DNA of 64,000 nucleotides, from contig OZ252212.1 in assembly GCA_965248955.1 (NCBI GenBank), forward strand, positions 1,217,266-1,281,265, read 5' to 3'. The notes under the pieces are model-generated. The model saw only the letters and a program-made list of their open reading frames with translations, was not told where the DNA came from and did not search any database. This document shows, piece by piece, positions 52,250 through 61,817 of the stretch. The first letter of the stretch is position 1, and every line of letters starts with the position of its first letter. The DNA is from Dehalococcoidia bacterium (GTDB taxonomy: Bacteria; Chloroflexota; Dehalococcoidia; Lucifugimonadales; QGNO01). The position numbers were made by a program, and so were the translations under genes.

Positions 52250-53152
52250 ATGCCGCCTATCCTGGAAGCCAAGAATCTCACCAAGCGTTACGGCTCCACA
52301 ATAGCCCTTGATTCCGTGGACTTCGAGGTAGACCAGGGAATTACCGGGCTTCTGGGCCCCAACGGAGCCGGCAAGAGCACGGCTATCAAACTCTTCCTTG
52401 GGCTGCTCAAGCCCACCTCCGGCTCCGCCGAGGTCATGGGGCGGCAACCTTACAGTTCCATCGAGATCCGTGGCCGGCTTGGCTATATGCCGGAGCACGA
52501 TTGTTTGCCGGACTCGATCAATTCGTCTGAGTTCCTGTCGCACATGGCCCAGGTCAGCGGATTGCCTCCCTCCCATGCGCGCACTCGCGCCGCCGACGTT
52601 CTACGGCACGTGGGCCTGGACGAAGAACGTTACCGTCCCATAGGCGAGTATTCCACGGGCATGAAACAGCGTGTGAAGCTGGCCCAGGCTCTGGTCCACG
52701 ACCCCACCATTGTAATGCTGGATGAGCCTACCGCGGGACTGGATCCAAGCGGACGTGAAGAAATGCTCGACTTGATCAGACGTACCGGTCGTGAATTCGG
52801 CATAAGTTTGCTTCTTTCCTCCCACCTCATGGGTGATGTTGAACGGACTTGCGATCGAATCGTCGTTCTGGAAGGCGGCCGTGTTACTGAGGCAGGCGCA
52901 GTCTCGCAGTTCACCCAGGAGACCCAGACGCTTTTCTTGGAGGTCGACGACAACTTGGACGCGCTGATGGAAGCCTTGGGAAAACATGGGATCCAGGCTG
53001 ATCTGGATGGAGCTTCCGTGGTGGTGCAAAATGTAACCGAAGATCAGTACGACAACATTCGGGATGCCCTGGTCGATGCTGATTCCAGGTTGCGTCGTTT
53101 GGCGCCCAGGCGGGGCAGCCTGACGGACATCTTCAGAGGCAGCCGGGCATGA
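52250..53152 (+). CDS. ABC transporter ATP-binding protein 1 (ABC-2/DrrA-like)
   Basis: Walker A GPNGAGKST, signature YSTGMKQRV, Walker B IVMLDEPTAGLD. TATACT lies 9 nt upstream of the ATG with no Shine-Dalgarno. Confidence 0.9.
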   Translation: MPPILEAKNLTKRYGSTIALDSVDFEVDQGITGLLGPNGAGKSTAIKLFLGLLKPTSGSAEVMGRQPYSSIEIRGRLGYMPEHDCLPDSINSSEFLSHMAQVSGLPPSHARTRAADVLRHVGLDEERYRPIGEYSTGMKQRVKLAQALVHDPTIVMLDEPTAGLDPSGREEMLDLIRRTGREFGISLLLSSHLMGDVERTCDRIVVLEGGRVTEAGAVSQFTQETQTLFLEVDDNLDALMEALGKHGIQADLDGASVVVQNVTEDQYDNIRDALVDADSRLRRLAPRRGSLTDIFRGSRA

Positions 53153-54099
53153 CGGCCGAGCGGCGGGGAGAGGTATATGACCTGGGGTACCAGAGATACT
53201 ACGGTCCCAGAGAAGGTAGAGCGCGGGCTCGCTGGGCGTTGCTTGTCAACGGCATCAGATCAGCCCTGGGGATAGGCCGCGGTTCACGCGCCAAGGTCTT
53301 GCCTGTGCTGCTCTTCGTGGCGGCAATGAGCCCGGCAATCATCATGGTCCTGGTAGCGTCTCAGGGCGGGCCCGGGTTTGAGGTGCCCGGTCACTCCGTC
53401 TACTATTCGATAATCTCCGCCATCCTCCTCCTCTTTTCCGCGATAATTGCGCCTGAATTGCTAATCCCAGACCGTCGCGATCGTATTCTCCACCTCTACT
53501 TGGTAAGGCCTCTAACCCCCACTGACTACGTTGCCGGTAGGTGGTCGGCGTTTCTCATAGTCACGCTTGCCATTGTGTTCTCCGGGCAGATTCTGCTTTT
53601 CCTTGGATTGCTTCTCACGGCGCCCGAGCCAGTGGATTATGTTAGGGAAAACTGGTTGGACGTTCCCCGCTTCTTGGCCGCCGGTTTCGTCGTGGCTGCC
53701 TTCACCACGACCCTGCCCCTAGCGGTTGCCGCCTTCACAAGTCGAAGAGCCTATGCAGCCGCATTCGTAATCGGTCTGTGGATAGTTTCGGGGTCTGCCG
53801 CGGGAATCCTTACCGCATGTGAAGGAGCCACGACGACCACGACGACCGACGGGAACGTAACCGTACAGATGCACGAGTGCGAGCCTATTGCGGGAGACAT
53901 GGCCAAGTGGTTCGCCCTGTTGAGCATTGGAGACGTGCCCATAAGAATCAACGACTTTATATTTGGTGAGGAGCCGGACTCCAGGTTTGGAGCCTTGGTG
54001 CGGGAACTGCCAGAGATAGTTCCCGTTGGCTGGTACTTGATTCTGACCGCGGGCCCCGGCTTCCTCCTCTGGCGGCGTTATCAGAGGATAGCGATATGA
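53149..54099 (+). CDS. Integral membrane component 1 of the ABC-2-type system
   Basis: ATGA overlap with the upstream gene. About 6 hydrophobic segments and an extracytoplasmic loop with TTTTTDGNVTV. No conserved motif that I can name. Confidence 0.6.
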   Translation: MTAERRGEVYDLGYQRYYGPREGRARARWALLVNGIRSALGIGRGSRAKVLPVLLFVAAMSPAIIMVLVASQGGPGFEVPGHSVYYSIISAILLLFSAIIAPELLIPDRRDRILHLYLVRPLTPTDYVAGRWSAFLIVTLAIVFSGQILLFLGLLLTAPEPVDYVRENWLDVPRFLAAGFVVAAFTTTLPLAVAAFTSRRAYAAAFVIGLWIVSGSAAGILTACEGATTTTTTDGNVTVQMHECEPIAGDMAKWFALLSIGDVPIRINDFIFGEEPDSRFGALVRELPEIVPVGWYLILTAGPGFLLWRRYQRIAI

Positions 54100-55037
54100 G
54101 CACATTGCAAACATCTTCCGGAAGCCCCACCGTGAACGTTGCCGGCTTGTCCAAGTGGTTTGGCAATGTGGTCGCTGTGAACGATGTTTCGTTCGACATA
54201 TATCCGGGCATAACGGGTCTTCTGGGCCCCAACGGCGCGGGAAAGACCACTATCTTGCACATGATCACCGGCCTTTCCAAGGTGTCCAAGGGAGACGTTA
54301 GTTTGCTTGGTGAACGGCCCAGAGACAATGCGGAGCTGTATCGCCGCGTTGGCATCATGGCGGAGCATGAGGGGGTATACGGGTTCTTCACGGGCCGGCA
54401 ATTCGTGGAGTTTTCGGGACGGTTGTACGGTTTGCAGCCCTTAGAGAGATACGTGGATCAGGCAATTGCAAGGGTGGGCCTTGAAGAAGCACAGCACCGC
54501 GCACTATCCACGTATTCCAGGGGGATGCGCCAGCGCATGCGATTGGCTGCCGCCATGGTGCATGATCCCCAGGTCTTGATATTGGATGAGCCTCTTAACG
54601 GCACCGACCCCCGCCAGAGATTGGAGTTCCATGACCTGATGAAAGACCTGGCCGGCGAGGGCAGGACCATAGTTATTTCTTCTCACATACTGGAAGAGGT
54701 TGAGATATTAGCTGAACAGATACTGCTCATGGTCAGTGGTAAACTGGCTGCCTCCGGAGACTACCGCGCCATCCGCGCCAAGCTCGACGAGCGCCCGTAT
54801 CGCGTGCGAGTGGTGGTCAGCGAGCCCCGCAAGATGGCGGCGGCGATACTTCAGATGGAGGAGGCGGATTCGGTCTCGGTTGATGGCGAAGGGGTGCTCA
54901 CCATCTTGAGCCAAAGAGTAAGCGTACTGCAACGTTCGCTGCCCCGCTTGGCAAAAGAGCTGGGAGTGCGCTTGCTTCGCGTGGAACCCCTGGATGATTC
55001 TCTGGAGAGCGTTTTCAGCTACGTGGTAGAGCGTTGA
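54096..55037 (+). CDS. ABC transporter ATP-binding protein 2
   Basis: Walker A GPNGAGKTT, signature YSRGMRQRM, Walker B VLILDEPLNGTD. ATGA overlap with the upstream gene. Confidence 0.9.
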   Translation: MSTLQTSSGSPTVNVAGLSKWFGNVVAVNDVSFDIYPGITGLLGPNGAGKTTILHMITGLSKVSKGDVSLLGERPRDNAELYRRVGIMAEHEGVYGFFTGRQFVEFSGRLYGLQPLERYVDQAIARVGLEEAQHRALSTYSRGMRQRMRLAAAMVHDPQVLILDEPLNGTDPRQRLEFHDLMKDLAGEGRTIVISSHILEEVEILAEQILLMVSGKLAASGDYRAIRAKLDERPYRVRVVVSEPRKMAAAILQMEEADSVSVDGEGVLTILSQRVSVLQRSLPRLAKELGVRLLRVEPLDDSLESVFSYVVER

Positions 55038-55759
55038 TGGTCCAGATACTGTTGCTGTCATTGCATCAGATGGGCAAGCGCCGCTTGGTCTTGATTGCTC
55101 TTCTGTCCATGCTGCCCGTGGCTTTGGCTGCAGCCGTAGCAAGCTTTTCATCATCTGGGGCATCCTTCAGTGCGGACTTTGTAACGATTCTGGTGAACGG
55201 CATGCTGATTGGCGGCATTGCGCCAATAGTAACCATGGCTTTGGCCACTGCCGCGTTCGGCGATGAGATAGACGATAGAACGCTAAACTACCTGACCTTG
55301 AAACCTGTGCCAAGATACCAAATTGTAGTTCCAAAATTCCTTGCCTCCGTAATAGTGGCCTCACCCATCATGATGATCAGCTCGATGCTGGCCGTGGCAA
55401 TAGGTTTGGGTGGAGGTCTTCAGCCTCTGCTGGCCGTTGCTCTGTCCCTATTTGTCGGTGTTGCCGCCTATGCATCCGTATTCACCTGGGCGGGGCTCAT
55501 CAGCTCTCGCGCTTTGGCGTTCGGCCTGGTCTACGTATTTCTCTGGGAGGGGCTTGTTAGCTCATTCTTGGAAGGAATACGATACATAAGCGTTAGAAAC
55601 TATACTCTGGCCATCATGTACGAATTGGATGAAACGACTTTCCAAGCACTGGGGGGAAGCGTGATCGAGTTCCCGGCGGCCATCGTAGGGGCGGTGGTGG
55701 TTTCGCTGGCCTTCCTCCTTCTCTCGATACTTCGCCTGCGCACTATGGACGTCCCTTGA
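55034..55759 (+). CDS. ABC-2-family permease component 2
   Basis: About 6 TMS, 241 aa. The start is either the TTG at 55034 or the ATG at 55037, which overlaps the TGA of the upstream gene. Confidence 0.6.
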   Translation: MMVQILLLSLHQMGKRRLVLIALLSMLPVALAAAVASFSSSGASFSADFVTILVNGMLIGGIAPIVTMALATAAFGDEIDDRTLNYLTLKPVPRYQIVVPKFLASVIVASPIMMISSMLAVAIGLGGGLQPLLAVALSLFVGVAAYASVFTWAGLISSRALAFGLVYVFLWEGLVSSFLEGIRYISVRNYTLAIMYELDETTFQALGGSVIEFPAAIVGAVVVSLAFLLLSILRLRTMDVP

Positions 55760-55790
55760 TCCTCCGGCTGCCCGTGTTTGTTGAGTTGGC

Positions 55791-57545
55791 ATGGAGCACT
55801 CTTTGAAACCGAACCAATCTCTAGGCGTAGACCCTGTGATCATGGAGGTGATGCTCAACGCCTTCATGACCCTCTGCGACGAGTCGCAGGCGATACTGGT
55901 GCGCTCCGCGTACTCCACCAACATCAAGGAACGCAAGGACTGTTCGGCGTGGCTGCTGGATTCGGACGGCCAGCCTTTCTGCGGCGGTCGCTACTCAGGC
56001 GGTCAGTACAACAATTCGGGGTACGGCCCCGTGGGCGCTCGCATCCTGGAGAAGTTTGACTCCAGCCTGTCGGACGGAGATGTCTTCGTGATGAACGACC
56101 CGTACCTGGGCGGGCCCACGCATCTGCCGGATATGTCGTTCATCAAACCCGTTTTCTATGACGGCGAACTGCTCTGCTTCGTATGCAACCAGGGTCACTG
56201 GGCGGACGTGGGTGGTAAGGCGCCGGCGCAGGGCGTGGTGGGAGACGCCACGGAGATATACCAGGAGGGCTTGCGCTTGCCGCCGGTGGCTCTGTACAAA
56301 TCGGGCAGGCTTGAGCAGGACATCTACGAGATCATGCTGGCAAATATCCGCGGCCCGCAGGAAAGGGCGGCGGACATCAGAGCGCACATGGCGGCGTTGT
56401 ATCTGGCGGAACGGCGTGTTCATGAGCTGGCGCAACGGTACGGAGTCAAGGGCCTGAAACGTTACATGCACGCGCTTGTCGATTATTCCGAGACGCGGTT
56501 GCAGCAGGCCATCCTGAATACGCCCCAGGGCAACTGGTCGGCTATTGATTACCTGGATGACGACCTGGGCAGCGACGCTCCAATACCCGTCAAGGTCAGG
56601 GTGTCTCTAAAGCATAGACCAAGGCCGCTGGTAGAGGTGGACTTCACGGGCAGCGGGCCACCGGCCAGGTGGGGCATAAACGTTGCTTACCACGGGACAT
56701 GGCAAATGGTCGTCGGCGTGTTCAGGAATCTCCTGGTCGACGACACGGTGCCGATAAACGCCGGCTTTCTCAAACCGTTCAGGGTGATCATGCCGGACCA
56801 TTCCTTGATCAATGCCAAGCCTCCAGCTGCGGTCGGTGCAAGGACGGAGACCACCTACCTGGTTAGAGACGTAATTCTGGCTGCCGTAATGGAAGCTTTT
56901 CCAGAGAAAGCCAGGGGCCCCTGGCATGGCGTTCACGGAGTGGGCTTCAGCAACGGTGAGGAACAGGGCTACTTCATCCACTATCAGACCGTAGGGGGTG
57001 GGGGCGGCGCCCGCACTTTCAAGGACGGCGTGGACTCCGTGCATGAAGTTCTCAATCTGCCGGTGGAGCCAATGGAGATGCAATATCCGTTGAGGGGCCT
57101 ACGCCTCGAGTATATTCAGGATTCGGAAGGGGCGGGCAAGTACCGCGGCGGAGTAGGTGTGAGGCAGGACTGGGAGGTGCTGGCGGACGTAAACCTAGCC
57201 ACTCATTCCAATAGGCACAAGATACCGGCTCCGGGTGTGTCGGGTGGCTGGCCGGGCGGGCTCTCTAGGTTGGTGTTGAACTACGATTCGACTGACCCCG
57301 TTGAGCTGCCCCGCGAGACTGCCAACTATCCTCTGAAGAAGGGTGACGTTGTAACCGTGTTAGCGGGAGGCGGAGGCGGTTATGCAAATCCACTGGATCG
57401 TGACCCGGCAGCCGTGCTTTGCGACGTGCGAAACGGCAAAGTATCGCTGGCCCGCGCCTTGGAGGTTTACGGCGTGGCTATAGACGCGGAAAGCTGGACG
57501 GTGCTCGAAGAGGAAACCGTGGCTCTGAGGAAGGCAAGGGGATAG
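55791..57545 (+). CDS. hyuB: Hydantoinase B / oxoprolinase-family subunit
   Basis: DPVIMEVMLNAFMTLCDESQAILVRSAYSTNIKERKDCS, NDPYLGGPTHLPD, AGKYRGGVG. Confidence 0.85.
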   Translation: MEHSLKPNQSLGVDPVIMEVMLNAFMTLCDESQAILVRSAYSTNIKERKDCSAWLLDSDGQPFCGGRYSGGQYNNSGYGPVGARILEKFDSSLSDGDVFVMNDPYLGGPTHLPDMSFIKPVFYDGELLCFVCNQGHWADVGGKAPAQGVVGDATEIYQEGLRLPPVALYKSGRLEQDIYEIMLANIRGPQERAADIRAHMAALYLAERRVHELAQRYGVKGLKRYMHALVDYSETRLQQAILNTPQGNWSAIDYLDDDLGSDAPIPVKVRVSLKHRPRPLVEVDFTGSGPPARWGINVAYHGTWQMVVGVFRNLLVDDTVPINAGFLKPFRVIMPDHSLINAKPPAAVGARTETTYLVRDVILAAVMEAFPEKARGPWHGVHGVGFSNGEEQGYFIHYQTVGGGGGARTFKDGVDSVHEVLNLPVEPMEMQYPLRGLRLEYIQDSEGAGKYRGGVGVRQDWEVLADVNLATHSNRHKIPAPGVSGGWPGGLSRLVLNYDSTDPVELPRETANYPLKKGDVVTVLAGGGGGYANPLDRDPAAVLCDVRNGKVSLARALEVYGVAIDAESWTVLEEETVALRKARG

Positions 57546-59660
57546 GTGGCCAGATTCCGCGTAGGCATAGATATAGGCGGCACCTTTACCGACCATCTAT
57601 GGTATGACGAGTCTACGGGCGACCTCTCCGTAGTCAAGGTGCCCACGACACCCCACGACCTTGCGGTCTGTTTTGTAGATGGATTGCAGCGTATGTACAG
57701 CGGCCATCAGACCGATGCGGTGGTCCCGTACGTGGCGCATGGAACTACCGTCTGCACCAACGCCTTGTTGGAGCGCAAGGGCGCCCGGCTTGGGTTCATC
57801 ACTACAAAGGGGTTCCGCGACATCCTGGAAATAGGCAGGCAGATAGAGCCGGATCAGTTTGATTACACCGTGGACCGCGCCGAGCCCCTGGCGCCGCGAT
57901 ATTTGAGAAGAGAGGTGGATGAGCGGGTAGCGAACGACGGTTCAGTAGTGGTTCCCCTCAATGAGGTGCAGTGCCGCGGCTTGGCCAGGGATTTGATTGC
58001 AGAAGGCGTGAACTCCGTGGGCATCTGTTTCCTGTTCTCTTTTGCCAACTCCACCCACGAGATTAGGGCCAGGCAAATTGTGGAAGAAGAGTTTGCAAGG
58101 GCCGGCGTTGAGGGGTTCGTCTCAATCTCATCTGGCATAGCTGCGGAGTTCAGGGAGTTCGAGCGCGCTAGTACGGTGGCGGTGGCGGCATATTTGGCGC
58201 CGGTGCTCCAGGGATATGTTGCCAGGTTGGAACGTGAGCTCGCCGGCGTCCTTTCCCAGCCATCCAGCTTGTATATTATGCAGTCCGCCGGTGGACTGGT
58301 GGGCGTTGGCACTGCTATCAAGCAGCCGCATACTACAACAGAGTCCGGCCCTGCCGCGGGTGTGCTTGCCGCCGCCGAACTAGGGCGCCTGTTGGGCAGG
58401 GAGAAGCTGGTCTCCTTTGACATGGGAGGTACAACGGCCAAGGCCAGTCTGATGGAGAATGCCACTCCTCGGCTTGCTTTTGAGTTCGAGGTGGGCACGG
58501 AGCAGCATGGCGCTTTCACTACGAGGAGCAGAGGTTACCCTGTAAGGGCGGCCATGATAGACCTGGTGGAGTGCAGCGCAGGGGGCGGGAGCATCGCATG
58601 GGTGGACCCCGCCGGGGTGCTCAAGGTTGGACCAATGAGTGCAGGAGCCAGCCCGGGCCCAGCCAGCTATGGCCGCGGGGGAGAGCTGCCAACCGTAACA
58701 GATGCGCAAGTGGCGTTGGGGAGAATTGGTTCCGGCAGCCTATTGGGCGGTGAGGTAGAGGTGGACGTAAACCGGGCTGAGACGGCTATTCAACAGCATA
58801 TAGCCGGCAGGTTGGACATGACGGTGGCCCAGGCAGCCGAGGGGATCATAGAGGTGGCCAACGCACAGATGGAAGGAATCCTGCGGGTGGTCTCGGTGCG
58901 CCGTGGGTTTGACCCGCGGGAGTTCACCCTGGTGGCCTTCGGCGGCGCTGGGCCTCTGCATGCCGTGGACTTGGCGGTGGCCCTTGGTATTAGAGAGGTT
59001 GTGGTACCGCTGTATCCGGGCCTGTTCTCGGCACAGGGCCTTTGCCAGGCCCACGTCCTCAACGAGTTTGTAAGGACCCGGGTCACACGCTGGGAGGACG
59101 CAAACCTATCGACCATGCTGACCACGGTGGCCGCGCTGGAAAAGGAAGCAATAGACTGGATGGACAGCGAGGGTATTGCCGGAGAGAAGAGAGCGCTCAC
59201 CAGGTCTATGGACATGCGTTACGTGGGACAAAACTGGGAGCTTACGGTCAATCTTGATGTGCTACCTACGTCGGAAGAGCAGTTGGAGAACGCTCGAAAA
59301 GATTTCGTCCGCCTTCACCAGCAGATGTACGGCCATTCCAGTGATACCGATCCGGTGGAGGTGGTGAGCTTTCGCGTTCATGCCTACGCCTCCTCTCCCC
59401 GGCTCAAGGTCAAGAGCATTGCCGCAGGCAGCGAGGACTCCTCAGAGGGTTGTACAGGCTCAAGGGAGGTGTACTTTGTACAGGGCGGAGGTGCAACGGA
59501 ATGCCTGGTTTACGATAGGAATCGTCTCAAAGCCGGAAATAGAATGGACAGCCCCGCGGTCATAGAGCAGTTGGACGCGACTACGGCGATACCGCCCGGG
59601 TATGCAGGTCGCGTGGACGACTACGGCAACATATGGATTACGCCGGCAGGGTACCCATAG
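57546..59660 (+). CDS. hyuA: Hydantoinase A / oxoprolinase-family subunit
   Basis: FRVGIDIGGTFTD, HGTTVCTNALLERKG, SFDMGGTTAKAS, LVAFGGAGPLHA. GTG start directly after the hyuB TAG. Confidence 0.85.
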   Translation: MARFRVGIDIGGTFTDHLWYDESTGDLSVVKVPTTPHDLAVCFVDGLQRMYSGHQTDAVVPYVAHGTTVCTNALLERKGARLGFITTKGFRDILEIGRQIEPDQFDYTVDRAEPLAPRYLRREVDERVANDGSVVVPLNEVQCRGLARDLIAEGVNSVGICFLFSFANSTHEIRARQIVEEEFARAGVEGFVSISSGIAAEFREFERASTVAVAAYLAPVLQGYVARLERELAGVLSQPSSLYIMQSAGGLVGVGTAIKQPHTTTESGPAAGVLAAAELGRLLGREKLVSFDMGGTTAKASLMENATPRLAFEFEVGTEQHGAFTTRSRGYPVRAAMIDLVECSAGGGSIAWVDPAGVLKVGPMSAGASPGPASYGRGGELPTVTDAQVALGRIGSGSLLGGEVEVDVNRAETAIQQHIAGRLDMTVAQAAEGIIEVANAQMEGILRVVSVRRGFDPREFTLVAFGGAGPLHAVDLAVALGIREVVVPLYPGLFSAQGLCQAHVLNEFVRTRVTRWEDANLSTMLTTVAALEKEAIDWMDSEGIAGEKRALTRSMDMRYVGQNWELTVNLDVLPTSEEQLENARKDFVRLHQQMYGHSSDTDPVEVVSFRVHAYASSPRLKVKSIAAGSEDSSEGCTGSREVYFVQGGGATECLVYDRNRLKAGNRMDSPAVIEQLDATTAIPPGYAGRVDDYGNIWITPAGYP

Positions 59661-59765
59661 TAAACAAAGAAGAATGTTGTCAGACTAGAGAAACGATGAA
59701 CTCCCTAACAACAAACTACTTACAGAATTGTGGTAGAATCCACCATCGTAGATGTGACGAGGCAG

Positions 59766-61817
59766 ATGCTCAGAATCAGGAAACTAGTGTTCTCGCTGCT
59801 ATTTGGAGTGCTTATTATTGGATGCACTCAGGTAGCCGAGCCTACCGTAACATCTATCCCTAGCCCAACACCGACCGAAGCACCTGTACCGACCGAGACC
59901 CAAAGTCCGACACCCACGCCGACCTCAACCCTAACGCCCACCCCAACCGCCACTGCCACTCCTACGCTTTTGTCGATGCCCCGCTTGCCGACACCTACTC
60001 CTCTTCCTCCATTACCTGTCTTTGCTTCACTTACAGTCCAAGAATCACAAGACCCTATTTCAAGTTCACTGGAAATCTACATTTCGCTATTGGATGAGCA
60101 GCATGTGGCGGTAGCTTCTTCACCAGTGCCATTAATTGACATTACAATCACTGATTTGCATGGGCAGGAATTATATTCAGACCTAGTCGTTCTATCTTCC
60201 TCGGACTTTAAGACATGGACTCGGTCTCTAACTGGCGAACGGCAAAGAGGCTATATCGTCGAGGTTCCAAAGAGTGAAATCGAGCGTTCCACCGTAGGTT
60301 CGAATGGCACTGTCCAAGTTCGTGTGCAATTCTCCGGCATTTACTTTGATTTGGAGGCGACGACCAGGCATTTACCTGAAGTATCGCAGGCTGAGAAGGA
60401 TGCCAGAGCCTTCGAGCAGTTTGTTGAGAACGCCGTAATTCTCTCGGGCAATTCAGTTCAAGCTAATAGGTGGACTATAACCGCTACAAGAGCTGGTTGC
60501 TTCACGGTTCATGACCAATTCGGTGACGTAACAAGTGGAATTCGCATCGACCTTACAATCTTAAATACTGACGACTCAATCAGAAGTTTTTATGAGACAA
60601 CACTTCTTCAACTACCTTCTGAAATTACGGCGGAGCCATCCTTTAATTCGACCATTCAGGGGAAAAGCACGATACCAGGTGTCGAGGAACGTGGGTACTT
60701 ATTCTTTGAAGACCTTGATTGCGTTGGAGGTGACTACCGACTTGTGATGTCGGGCTTTGACGGAGTCTACCTTGATGAGACATTTACTCTAACGACAAAA
60801 GAAGAAGAGAAGCCCACTATTAGACTGGCCGACAACCAGTACGAATCCCTATGGATAAGCAATGCCGTGTTCAGCTTTATTGCGCAAAATGGATACGGTT
60901 ATCCCGTAGAGAGCATAGCCATGACAACCCCTTTTGCTCAGGTGTCCCTGGCCAACGGCGAAGTTGACATTTGGATAGAGATATGGCCAGACAACATAAT
61001 CGACTGGTACAACGAAGAGACTGCCAACGGCAACATCGAAGACCTCCTGGACCCGCCCATCTTTGAAGGAGGCCCGCAGTTCTTCATGATTCCCAAGTGG
61101 GTAGCGGAACAGCACAACATCAGGACTATAGATGATATGAAGCGCCCGGAAGTCGTCGCCCTGTTCCCCGACCCTGAAGACTCGAGCAAGGGCGTCTTTG
61201 TCAACTGTCCCATCGGCTGGCAGTGCGCCGAGATCAACCGCGCCAAGCTGCAAGCCTACGGCCTGTCAGACCTGTACAACATACAATCGGGAGGCACCGG
61301 CGCCGCCCTTGACGCCGCTCTTGCCGGAGCACAGCTCAGGAACGAACCCGTCTTCGGCTACTACTGGGCTCCAACGGCCATCATCGGGAGGCACCGGCGC
61401 CGCCCTTGACGCCGCTCTTGCCGGAGCACAGGGCAAGCCATCATGGGCAAGTACGAATGGACCATACTAGAAGAGCCTCCATACACAGAAGCATGCTGGA
61501 GGGAGGTCATCAAGGGCAGAGACGATGCTTCCTATACGCCTACCATGGCATGTGCCTATTTCGATCGCCCCATTGGCAAAGGCATCAACAGCGGCCTCAG
61601 GGAAAAGGCTCCTGACATAGTTGAAATGCTGGAAAAGATGGATATGGGCGTGGAAGCCATCAACAAGACTGCTGCCTGGGCAAGCGACAATAACATCCGA
61701 GGAGACTGGGAGAAAGCCGCCATTTACTTCCTAGAAAACTACGAAGACAGATGGATCAACTGGATGCCATCAGAAAACGCGGATAGGGTCAAAGAGGCGC
61801 TGGCGGAAACGAGCTAG
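59766..61817 (+). pseudogene. Lipoprotein with an unknown N-terminal domain fused to an OpuAC/ProX-type (glycine-betaine class) binding domain, interrupted by an in-frame stop inside a 60-nt insertion
   Basis: The ATG at 59766 gives MLRIRKLVFSLLFGVLIIGC (lipobox), then a PT linker and a ~250-aa unknown domain. The OpuAC-like body follows (..FGYYWAPTAI | MGKYEWTILEEPPY..). ORFs 59730-61409 and 61443-61817 are in the same frame. Deleting 61385-61444 restores PTAIMGKYEW. Confidence 0.7.
61286..61431 (+). repeat. 49-nt direct duplication (61286-61334 and 61383-61431) responsible for the premature TGA at 61407
   Basis: ATCGGGAGGCACCGGCGCCGCCCTTGACGCCGCTCTTGCCGGAGCACAG occurs twice, 97 nt apart. 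The second copy is therefore read out of register. The insertion is bounded by GCCATCAT microhomology (61377-61384 and 61437-61444). Confidence 0.9.
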
